From the NCBI GenBank assembly GCA_963668645.2, contig CAXXWC010000003.1, positions 150,649 to 214,648 of the forward strand: DNA of 64,000 nucleotides. The letters run 5' to 3'. Source of the DNA: Desulfobacterales bacterium. GTDB lineage: Bacteria; Desulfobacterota; Desulfobacteria; Desulfobacterales; UBA2174. Within the stretch, counting starts at the first letter, position 1. Every line of letters starts with the position of its first letter. A program made the position numbers and the translations under genes. Below are positions 21,005 through 32,773 of this stretch, piece after piece. The notes under the pieces are model-generated. The model had not been told where the DNA came from. It saw nothing but the letters and a program-made list of their open reading frames with translations, and ran no database searches.

Positions 21005-22744
21005 TCATGCCTTGTCCCATCCGCCGCCGGCCCGTGCCTCGGCCACCTCTTGGCCCGCCTGGTCCTTGAGCCGCACGTAGTCGGTCTTGGCCACCCGATT
21101 GAGCGGCATTGCGCCCGATTCCATAATCACGTAGAGCGAAGGGCGCATGTAGGCGGCGATCCCCTTAGCGTGGGCCTTGAGTTCCGCCTCGGTCAGCTCC
21201 ACCCCCGGCCGCTTTTCCACGAAGAGCACCACCCCCTCGGTAAACAGGTCGTGGGGCTGGCCCACCGCCGCGGCCGAGGCCACCTTGGTGGACAGGGCGC
21301 AAAAATGGTCTTCGATCTGGGCCGGATGGACCTGGTAGCCCTTTGACTTGATCACCAGCTTCGAACGCCCGGAAAAGTGCAACCCCTTTTCGTCCTTGTA
21401 TCCCAGGTCTCCCGTGTAGCAGATCCCCTCGCGCGAAACGGTCCGCCGATAGGCTGCATCGTTGTTCACGTAGGCGATAAAGACCTGGGGACCGGAAAAA
21501 CAGATCTCGCCGACCTGCCCGTCGGGCAACTCCTCGCCGGCCGTGCCGTCGTCGCCCATGGGCCGGCGGATCGACAGGGGGCTGATCGGCATGTCGTAGC
21601 CCACGCTGGCCAGGATATCGTCCACCGTGCCGTCCAGGGGCGAATAGGTGCAAAAGCCGCTCAGTTCGGTGAGCCCCAGGCCCGTGCCGAACTTGGGCGC
21701 CATGCGCGCGAGCTGATCGAGGAACTGGCGCGGCACCTGCTGGCCGCTGTACACGGCAAAGGTCAGCGAGGACAAATCGAAGTCACGGTAGTTGGGCAGG
21801 CGCCACTCCAGGGCAAAGAGAGCCGGGATCTGGCCGAGGCAGTTCACCTTGTAGTCATGGATCGCCCGCAGCGACTTTTGCGCGTCGAAAATGGGCAGCA
21901 GCACCACCGTGGCACCGCAGAAAAAGGGGGTCATGAGCTGTTCAGCCTGGCCGCCGACATGCGACGGCGGCAGGTTCAACAGCACGCGCGCGCCCGCCAT
22001 GACGTCGAAAGCCCCGACCAGGCACATGTTCTGCACGGTGATGTTGCGGTGCGACAGCAGGGCCGGCTTGGGCATGCCGGTGGAGCCGGTGGTGTAGATC
22101 ACCTGGGCTCCGTCGTTTTCGCCCACCGCGGCTATCGCCGCCTGATATTCGTCCAAAATCGGCGCCCGGGCCGGATCGGAAAGGGCCGAAAGCGCCTCTT
22201 CGGCCGCCTCCTGGGCCAGGGTGGCGGCCGGGATGGCAAAATCGAGGGTCTCGTCGGGTGGAGCGAATTGAATGAATACCTCCACGAACGGACAATTTTC
22301 CTTTACCGCCCGGCCCAAGGCGGAAAAATCAGCCACCGGCGTGCGGCCCAGAAAGGCGAACCCCTTGGCCCGGATCAATCCCAGTGAACGGATCACCTCG
22401 GGCGCCTTGAGCCGCAGGTCCAGAGGGGCATGAATCACCCCGATCTTGAAGCAGGCGTATTCGAGAAAGATGTGCTCGGGCAAAAACAAGAGGGAGGTGG
22501 CCAGGAAATCACCCTTGGTAAAACCGAGTTTGAGTAGCTTGAGGGCCAGGGCCGTGGTGATCTGGTCGAACTGCTGGTAGGTGTATTCTTTTTGGGTATC
22601 GACGTCGATGATCGCCAACGCCTCTGGTTTTTCGGCGGCCCATTTGGCGATAACGCCGTGCAGCAGGTGCCGGTCGCCATAATCCTTCTCATAGTGATCC
22701 AGAGTATATTGCGGCACGCCGTTGCGATAGGTCAGTGAAGTCAT
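21005..22744 (-). CDS. AMP-dependent synthetase/ligase (acyl-CoA synthetase family)
   Basis: Start at ATG 22744 (MTSLTYRNG...). AMP-binding signature IYTTGSTGMPKPALLSHRN, YTGDLGY, and the C-terminal lysine region GKVLK-like RVAKTDY. Confidence 0.8.
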   Translation of the reverse strand: MTSLTYRNGVPQYTLDHYEKDYGDRHLLHGVIAKWAAEKPEALAIIDVDTQKEYTYQQFDQITTALALKLLKLGFTKGDFLATSLLFLPEHIFLEYACFKIGVIHAPLDLRLKAPEVIRSLGLIRAKGFAFLGRTPVADFSALGRAVKENCPFVEVFIQFAPPDETLDFAIPAATLAQEAAEEALSALSDPARAPILDEYQAAIAAVGENDGAQVIYTTGSTGMPKPALLSHRNITVQNMCLVGAFDVMAGARVLLNLPPSHVGGQAEQLMTPFFCGATVVLLPIFDAQKSLRAIHDYKVNCLGQIPALFALEWRLPNYRDFDLSSLTFAVYSGQQVPRQFLDQLARMAPKFGTGLGLTELSGFCTYSPLDGTVDDILASVGYDMPISPLSIRRPMGDDGTAGEELPDGQVGEICFSGPQVFIAYVNNDAAYRRTVSREGICYTGDLGYKDEKGLHFSGRSKLVIKSKGYQVHPAQIEDHFCALSTKVASAAAVGQPHDLFTEGVVLFVEKRPGVELTEAELKAHAKGIAAYMRPSLYVIMESGAMPLNRVAKTDYVRLKDQAGQEVAEARAGGGWDKA

Positions 22745-22961
22745 GAAACCATACCTTTGTGGTGAATGTTGACACAAAGCGGGCATTCCGCCCGCCGGTT
22801 CCGCAAGGGTGCCGGATACGATGCCGGCTGGTTTCTGTCAAGAAACTTACGCGCGGCAAATCCAAAATTCACATTAGAATCCGCCGTTATGGCAATCGAT
22901 GATCGTTTTCAGATTTCATGACGCCTGGCAAGACGCACAGATCATGCCTGCGGAAAAACTC

Positions 22962-23128
22962 ATCGGAAGCCCTGATTCAGCGCGGGGGGCGGCCTAACGG
23001 ACCAAAAAGACGAAAAGGGCACGGAGAAGTTTCAAGCCACGCTCCCACATGGGTGGCGACACCCCAGGAACGCCAAGCCCCAACTTGGCAAGACGTTTCA
23101 ATCCATGCCCAGTGTGTGCGGGGAAAGC
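22962..23128 (-). repeat. Decayed type I-C-like CRISPR repeats (32 nt, 66-67 nt period) abutting the trailer of the I-E array; the last copy is an I-C/I-E-like chimera
   Basis: 23029-23060 reads GTTTCAAGCCACGCTCCCACATGGGTGGCGAC; its reverse complement GTCGCCACCCATGTGGGAGCGTGGCTTGAAAC carries the GTCGC...GCGTGG.TTGAAAC signature of I-C repeats. 23095-23128 starts GTTTCAATCCATGC and ends GTGTGCGGGGAAAGC, matching the I-E repeat end at 18 of 21 positions and lying exactly in phase with the I-E array. A weaker copy (18/32) sits at 22962-22993. Confidence 0.45.
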
Positions 23129-23160
23129 TGATGATATAGCTGCTACAGATGATCAAGAGT

Positions 23161-26100
23161 CGGTTCATCCCCGCGTGTGCAGGGAACGCGTGGTCACCAT
23201 ATGGGACGATGAGCAGGAGCGCGATTCATCCCCGCGTGCGCGGGGAACGCTTGGTGCGGATGGCGTCCATGCACCGCTGCGCCGGTTCATCCCCGCGTGT
23301 GCGGGGAACGCTTAATCATATCGCCAGCGGTATCGGATTCGATCGGTTCATCCCCGCGTGTGCGGGGAACTCACCTGCCCGGGTCCGCCGGGTTGATCTT
23401 GCCGCGGTTCATCCCCGCGTGTGCGGGGAACGCTCACGCACCCACCGTCCAGGGTGGCGGTGCGACGGTTCATCCCCACGTGTGCGGGGAACGCGGCACG
23501 TGGCCAAGACCGGTCAGCTCCGTGATCGGTTCATCCCCGCGTGTGCGGGGAACGCAATTCAAACTCCCCCGGCATTTCTTGACGAACCGGTTCATCCCCG
23601 CGTGTGCGGGGAACGCATAGTCCCGGGCCCGGACCCCGTACATGCCGTCGGTTCATCCCCGCGTGTGCGGGGAACGCAGCTCAGAAATAACCCAGCCGTT
23701 CGACCCCGTCGGTTCATCCCCGCGTGTGCTGGGAACGCTGCACCACACCCAAGACCTCAAGCCGCTGGATCGGTTCATCCCCGCGTGTGCGGTGAACGCA
23801 GCCTAACAGCCACTTTGTGAGGAAATCCACCCGGTTCATCCCCGCGTGTGCGGGGAACGCATACGGACATAGGGGTCGCCCTTACTCCCGGACGGTTCAT
23901 CCCCGCGTGTGCGGGGAACGCGACTTAGAGACCTCTTTAACGCCCTAGTCTCTAGGTTCATCCCCGCGTGTGCGGGGAACGCTCCAGATAGCGGGCCACC
24001 TTGTCGTTGAAGGCCGGTTCATCCCCGCGTGTGCGGGGAACGCGTCACTTAAACGATTGTAAACAGACTCTACAAGGGTTCATCCCCGCGTGTGCGGGGA
24101 ACGCATGATTATAAGTCCTTTGTTAATGATGGTCAGCGGTTCATCCCCGCGTGTGCGGGGAACGCACTCGCGGATCTTGTCCTCGGTCGACAACTGACGG
24201 TTCATCCCCGCGTGTGCGGGGAACGCAAAAGGCGTCCGGCGACGTGCTGGAGGCGGATCGGTTCATCCCCGCGTGTGCGGGGAACGCTCATAGATGTTCC
24301 AGCACGAAAACTGCCAGGGCGGTTCATCCCCGCGTGTGCGGGGAACGCCCTGCCATGTTTCGTTTCGGGGGGTTATGATCCGGTTCATCCCCGCGTGTGC
24401 GGGGAACGCCAGAAGCCCATGACTCATTAGAGATAGAACGCCGGTTCATCCCCGCGTGTGCGGGGAACACGCCGGTGATCACGGCCGACAAAAGCCCGCT
24501 ATCGGTTCATCCCCGCGTGTGCGGGGAACGCCAAAGTTTGTTCGTCGAGAATTACCGGAGCCGCGGTTCATCCCCGCGTGTGCGGGGAACGCAGCATGTC
24601 GTCGACACCCCGCGGCGTGCGCTCCGGTTCATCCCCGCGTGTGCGGGGAACGCATGCTCTACGACCCGTATGATTTCGAGGGTAGCGGTTCATCCCCGCG
24701 TGTGCGGGGAACGCAGCGCAGGTGCCGTTCCGGCGGCGCCGCTGCCCGGTTCATCCCCGCGTGTGCGGGGAACGCTTGGTGCCTGCAAGCATTCGCCCGA
24801 AAAGCGCCGGTTCATCCCCGCGTGTGCGGGGAACGCGACCATCATTCCAATGCTCACGATTTTGTTTACGGTTCATCCCCGCGTGTGCGGGGAACGCCGA
24901 CGCCTGCGACGCGTTCGACGGCGACGAAACGGTTCATCCCCGCGTGTGCGGGGAACGCTGCCATGGGAGCGTAAATCCCAAGATTGTCGTCGGTTCATCC
25001 CCGCGTGTGCGGGGAACGCGGAATCGCGTCCAGCTCCTCGCGCATGGCCGCCGGTTCATCCCCGCGTGTGCGGGGAACGCATCCGCAGGTCCAGCAGGTT
25101 CTCGCATATGGTCGGTTCATCCCCGCGTGTGCGGGGAACGCTTGTAGTCCTGAGCGTCGGCGTCCCAGGCGAGCGGTTCATCCCCGCGTGTGCGGGGAAC
25201 GCACCCCGGCCACCTTGTCGGGCGACGTGCCCATCGGTTCATCCCCGCGTGTGCGGGGAACGCAGCCCCTGGACCTGCGAGACCTCCAGAAAATCCGGTT
25301 CATCCCCGCGTGTGCGGGGAACGCTATGCCATCGCTCCTGCGGCCAGCGCGGTATACGGTTCATCCCCGCGTGTGCGGGGAACGCTTCTTCGGGTCGCTT
25401 TTGTCCTTGGCGTCCTTCGGTTCATCCCCGCGTGTGCGGGGAACGTCCGTGCCTAAAAATGTTCCGGGACAAGCACGACGGTTCATCCCCGCGTGTGCGG
25501 GGAACGCTGTCGATGGGCTTTGGCATTCCGTATCCGGTTCGGTTCATCCCCGCGTGTGCGGGGAACGCCAATATGCCACCGATCTTGATCACCATTAAAT
25601 CGGTTCATCCCCGCGTGTGCGGGGAACGCTTACTGCATTTAGCCGTGGCGTTATTGACAGCCGGTTCATCCCCGCGTGTGCGGGGAACGCAGTGGATACT
25701 CGCTCACCTGGCCGCCCTCGGCCGGTTCATCCCCGCGTGTGCGGGGAACGCGTGCGGGCCTGGACAACCGCATCGAGATCCGCCGGTTCATCCCCGCGTG
25801 TGCGGGGAACGCCTGCTGGCTGACGAAATTATCGATGAGGTCGGCGGTTCATCCCCGCGTGTGCGGGGAACGCATGCGCCGCATGGTGTTTGGCACCAGC
25901 GGGCGCGGTTCATCCCCGCGTGTGCGGGGAACGCTGGAGGGGCATGAGCTATGGGTGCCAAGGGAACGGTTCATCCCCGCGTGTGCGGGGAAACGCCCGA
26001 TGCCACAGCCTCTGAATTTTTCTCCATGCGGTTCATCCCCGCGTGTGCGGGGAACGCTATAAGATTGCCGTACTTTTCTTCATCCAAACCGGTTCATCCC

Positions 26101-29100
26101 CGCGTGTGCGGGGAACGCTGCTGCCCGGGGGCGCGTAGCGGAGTATTTTTCGGTTCATCCCCGCGTGTGCGGGGAACGCCCCCATCTCTTGGGTTACGGA
26201 CGGACATAACGCGGTTCATCCCCGCGTGTGCGGGGAACGCCAAATCGTGTTTCCTTTCCCGTCGAAGACGGCCGGTTCATCCCCGCGTGTGCGGGGAACG
26301 CGTATTCACTAAGCGCCTGGCTTCTTAGCCGGGCGGTTCATCCCCGCGTGTGCGGGGAACGCGTGTTCGACGAGTTCCCGCGGATCTATATTAGCGGTTC
26401 ATCCCCGCGTGTGCGGGGAACGCGCGCCGACAACTCGCGCCCGTCGGTAAACGACCGGTTCATCCCCGCGTGTGCGGGGAACGCTCCTGTCCGTGCCTAA
26501 CAAGTAAAAACAAGCACGGTTCATCCCCGCGTGTGCGGGGAACGCTGGCGCGGCAGACAGGTTCGATGCCGATTTGGCGGTTCATCCCCGCGTGTGCGGG
26601 GAACGCATTCCATTGATGTTGTCGGATCCTGGCCGCACCGGTTCATCCCCGCGTGTGCGGGGAACGCCCAAATTCCAACGAATTGATTGCCCCCTGAAAC
26701 GGTTCATCCCCGCGTGTGCGGGGAACGCAGACCATCTATATTAGTATAGACGACACGCCCCGGTTCATCCCCGCGTGTGCGGGGAACGCGTTGGCCGTGC
26801 TGGCCGCGGCCGGATTGAGGCCGGTTCATCCCCGCGTGTGCGGGGAACGCCCAGCCGTCCCGGAAAATCTGGCCCACGTGTACGGTTCATCCCCGCGTGT
26901 GCGGGGAACGCACGGATCTTGGCCGAAGGACAAGGGTGAGGACCGGTTCATCCCCGCGTGTGCGGGGAACGCCTTTTGGCACCCATAGCCGGTGTCCTCT
27001 CAGGCGGTTCATCCCCGCGTGTGCGGGGAACGCGGTGGCACCCTGCGCACAGACGGCCTGCGGCGCGGTTCATCCCCGCGTGTGCGGGGAACGCGCCAAA
27101 GGCCAGCGCTCCGGAACAGATATGTTCGGTTCATCCCCGCGTGTGCGGGGAACGCATCTTCTCCCAGCAGGAACCGATCAATCAGGACGGTTCATCCCCG
27201 CGTGTGCGGGGAACGCCTGGTAAAGAGGTTTGTCCGGGACACCAGGAACGGTTCATCCCCGCGTGTGCGGGGAACGCCCGCCGGTTCTGCTGTGTCGCGA
27301 ACACCAGCTCGGTTCATCCCCGCGTGTGCGGGGAACGCCACCCCCATGCCCACCTCCCGTCTCTTTCGTCCGGTTCATCCCCGCGTGTGCGGGGAACGCT
27401 ATACGGGCTGACGGGTTTGGGGATGCGATTTCGGTTCATCCCCGCGTGTGCGGGGAACGCATATCAATAGCAAGGTCGAGAATCTCAGAAGACGGTTCAT
27501 CCCCGCGTGTGCGGGGAACGCATCAGGGTAAACTAAATCAGAGGAAGGGGAACCGGTTCATCCCCGCGTGTGCGGGGAACGCTCCAGGGGTCACTGTTCA
27601 CGATTCTCTACCTGCGGTTCATCCCCGCGTGTGCGGGGAACGCTGCTTACCTGGAGGTTTCCGCATGACCGCGACCGGTTCATCCCCGCGTGTGCGGGGA
27701 ACGCTGCGCCATGCCAGGCATGGTCACCGAGCACATCGGTTCATCCCCGCGTGTGCGGGGAACGCGTTGGAAATAATTTTCATCATCGTCAAAATTTCGG
27801 TTCATCCCCGCGTGTGCGGGGAACGCCAGCCTCGTGTCAGTATCCGTCATTGATCCGCCGGTTCATCCCCGCGTGTGCGGGGAACGCCCGACACGGTGGA
27901 CGCGGAGCTGATCTGCGTCCGGTTCATCCCCGCGTGTGCGGGGAACGCTCCGGTTTTTCTAATTTTGCCTGTCGTTATGGCGGTTCATCCCCGCGTGTGC
28001 GGGGAACGCAATAGCTGGTGTTTTTCTCCCTGATCCGGAACCGGTTCATCCCCGCGTGTGCGGGGAACGCTAATTTATCAGTTGTCAAGGAATCTAATTT
28101 CCCGGTTCATCCCCGCGTGTGCGGGGAACGCTCCACCTTGGCCACCCATGGCGGCCGGCACGTCGGTTCATCCCCGCGTGTGCGGGGAACGCCGGGCCTG
28201 CTGGACATTGACGGTAGGTTTTTCCGGTTCATCCCCGCGTGTGCGGGGAACGCTCGAAAATAGCAAAGGAGGACCCATGAAAAAGCGGTTCATCCCCGCG
28301 TGTGCGGGGAACGCCTTTTCTCAAGACGACCCAGTTCCGGGGCAACCGGTTCATCCCCGCGTGTGCGGGGAACGCGCGCTGGCGGGCAAAGAGGCGCTCG
28401 ATCATCGCGGTTCATCCCCGCGTGTGCGGGGAACGCAGCTCTGGCAGATGGATCCCCAGGGCCAGCGTCGGTTCATCCCCGCGTGTGCGGGGAACGCATA
28501 TAATTATCGGAGACGTCATTTTAGGTGCGCGGTTCATCCCCGCGTGTGCGGGGAACGCACTTGGAGTTGATGAAACGCATCTTGCACCCCCCGGTTCATC
28601 CCCGCGTGTGCGGGGAACGCTGTATCAGACCCTACCCTGTAAGGCCTGCCATCGGTTCATCCCCGCGTGTGCGGGGAACGCGGATATTCCAGCACCGGCC
28701 GCCGCATTTCTGGCGGTTCATCCCCGCGTGTGCGGGGAACGCAACTGCCGGTTGTCTGCGTAGCGCAGCACGGCCGGTTCATCCCCGCGTGTGCGGGGAA
28801 CGCAACGACGGAACGAATTGCGAGCTTTTGCACACCGGTTCATCCCCGCGTGTGCGGGGAACGCTGCGGCTGTCAGCCCCATCATCGCCATGATGTCGGT
28901 TCATCCCCGCGTGTGCGGGGAACGCATTACATGATTTGTACCAAGCCCTCGAAACTCCGGTTCATCCCCGCGTGTGCGGGGAACGCCAGCTAGGGCTCTG
29001 ATGAACTTGATGCCAGGGCGGTTCATCCCCGCGTGTGCGGGGAACGCTGTGTTTTTTCCCCTATTGTTATTTTTTGCACCGGTTCATCCCCGCGTGTGCG

Positions 29101-31487
29101 GGGAACGCTTTGAAAATCTGCGCCCAACACTACCAGCCACCGGTTCATCCCCGCGTGTGCGGGGAACGCTGCCGAGGACGGCAAGGACAAGATTGTGGTG
29201 CCGGTTCATCCCCGCGTGTGCGGGGAACGCTCGAAGCTGGATCCGACGATTTCGGCAAGTGCCGGTTCATCCCCGCGTGTGCGGGGAACGCCAAATCAGG
29301 ACCAATCATATTGATACACGTGTCGGTTCATCCCCGCGTGTGCGGGGAACGCTTTGTTTCGGAGGCTTTGGTTTCGAGCTGCGTCGGTTCATCCCCGCGT
29401 GTGCGGGGAACGCTCCGTAACACCGCCAATGGCGGCCTTGCCGGCCGGTTCATCCCCGCGTGTGCGGGGAACGCATGGTGTGCATGCCGCGTTCTAGGGT
29501 GGCGACCGGTTCATCCCCGCGTGTGCGGGGAACGCCAAAAGAGATTGAGCGCGGAGAGGTCGACGTACGGTTCATCCCCGCGTGTGCGGGGAACGCCAGA
29601 TCTGGCTCTTGGATGCACGTGCGAGCAGCGGTTCATCCCCGCGTGTGCGGGGAACGCGGCTGACCATTAAGCTTATGCAGGGGATCAATCGGTTCATCCC
29701 CGCGTGTGCGGGGAACGCTCGCGTGCGCCTGGTCAACAACGTGGTGCCGGCGGTTCATCCCCGCGTGTGCGGGGAACGCTATTTGAATGGTGCTATCATT
29801 GATGCAGGTACCGGTTCATCCCCGCGTGTGCGGGGAACGCTGATGACCACCGGCGCGGAGTGGGTCCTGTTTCGGTTCATCCCCGCGTGTGCGGGGAACG
29901 CTTACGGATACCAAGACTGCCGTCAATATCGGGCGGTTCATCCCCGCGTGTGCGGGGAACGCTGGTAACTCCGAAATCTTGCATGGTATCCCTCCGGTTC
30001 ATCCCCGCGTGTGCGGGGAACGCCGCCGGGAGGGACCGTGGACGGGGCTTTGGAGCGGTTCATCCCCGCGTGTGCGGGGAACGCTTTCAGAACGTTTATC
30101 AGGCGGTGGTTGCCGCCGGTTCATCCCCGCGTGTGCGGGGAACGCCGAGCTCGGCGTTGATTCGGTCGAGCACGTGACGGTTCATCCCCGCGTGTGCGGG
30201 GAACGCATGTCGATGCCTCCGGCCAGCGCCGTGCCGGCCGGTTCATCCCCGCGTGTGCGGGGAACGCAGATCGTCGCGCCGCCGATGATGCTGCAGGACC
30301 GGTTCATCCCCGCGTGTGCGGGGAACGCGGTGGCGTACCAGCTCGATGATTTTTCCATGCCGGTTCATCCCCGCGTGTGCGGGGAACGCCGCAGCACCTC
30401 GTCGGGCTCCATGCCCAGCTCCGGTTCATCCCCGCGTGTGCGGGGAACGCCCTCGACGCCATCGGAGCGATTCATGCAGCCGCGGTTCATCCCCGCGTGT
30501 GCGGGGAACGCGGATCGTGATCAAGCGCAGGCGCATGCGACTGCGGTTCATCCCCGCGTGTGCGGGGAACGCCTTGACCGTCCGCTGAAATTTAAGAAAC
30601 CAAGCGGTTCATCCCCGCGTGTGCGGGGAACGCCCGGCGCCACCGGCGATTGTGGCCACTAATGCCGGTTCATCCCCGCGTGTGCGGGGAACGCCCTGAA
30701 CGTGCCCGCGCAGCATCCATCCAACGCGGTTCATCCCCGCGTGTGCGGGGAACGCCAGGTGTCCATGGGCTCTACCAAATATGGCGTCGGTTCATCCCCG
30801 CGTGTGCGGGGAACGCGATAAACATGATCGTGTTATTGTCCAGGAAAAAGGTTCATCCCCGCGTGTGCGGGGAACGCAACTCAATAAATACCGAATCCTG
30901 CTCACTGGCCGGTTCATCCCCGCGTGTGCGGGGAACGCGTTCCGTTCCGAGTTGTTCAAAGCGCGTGCTTAGGTTCATCCCCGCGTGTGCGGGGAACGCT
31001 AAAATCATGGCGTACGACGCTGCGCCACCACCGGTTCATCCCCGCGTGTGCGGGGAACGCGATCTTACATCGTGGCTGATCCTCTATGGGTACGGTTCAT
31101 CCCCGCGTGTGCGGGGAACGCCCGGCCAGAAAAAACCTACCCGAGCGCGGCGCCGGTTCATCCCCGCGTGTGCGGGGAACGCAGAGAGTGTCTTGCCGAT
31201 ATGAGCTATGACAGCGGTTCATCCCCGCGTGTGCGGGGAACGCGAAACTCGTCAGCCGCCAGTACCGCGTGGCGGTGGTTCATCCCCGCGTGTGCGGGGA
31301 ACGCCGATGCGCCGACACGGTGCCGCGTGTACGCGACGGTTCATCCCCGCGTGTGCGGGGAACGCTTGAATTCCCCGGAACTCAATCGAACACCCTTCGG
31401 TTCATCCCCGCGTGTGCGGGGAACGCAATTTATCCAATGAATGTATCGATTAAATATTCGGTTCATCCCCGCGTGTGCGGGGAACGC
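23161..31487 (-). CRISPR. Type I-E CRISPR array, 137 repeats of 29 nt and 136 spacers (mostly 32 nt), transcribed right to left
   Basis: Plus-strand repeat CGGTTCATCCCCGCGTGTGCGGGGAACGC. The minus-strand form GCGTTCCCCGCACACGCGGGGATGAACCG is close to the E. coli I-E repeat. I stepped through every unit: the period is 61 nt, with a 62-nt step at 26029 (1-nt insertion in the repeat) and another at 28592. The leader and cas2 are at the right end, and repeat mutations accumulate at the left (trailer) end. Confidence 0.97.
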
Positions 31488-31548
31488 ACTAATTCTATCG
31501 CTTCAAAATTATTAAATTTTCAAAGAGCTGAAAAAGTTACCGGCAAAA
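31488..31548 (-). promoter_or_regulatory. CRISPR leader (61 bp, AT-rich) between the cas2 stop and the first repeat
   Basis: The minus strand reads TTTTGCCGGTAACTTTTTCAGCTCTTTGAAAATTTAATAATTTTGAAGCGATAGAATTAGT, the only strongly AT-rich stretch in the locus. It contains TTGAAA and TAGAAT hexamers, but with a non-optimal 20-nt spacing. Confidence 0.6.

Positions 31549-32769
<1,221 letters not shown>

Positions 32770-32773
<4 letters not shown>

Noticed and set aside
26364-26760. Two spacers sharing an 11-nt string (ATCTATATTAG), considered as possible overlapping protospacers or a duplicated spacer
   Set aside because: The flanking bases on both sides differ, so they are not overlapping acquisitions from the same site. 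An 11-nt AT-rich coincidence among 136 spacers is plausible by chance.
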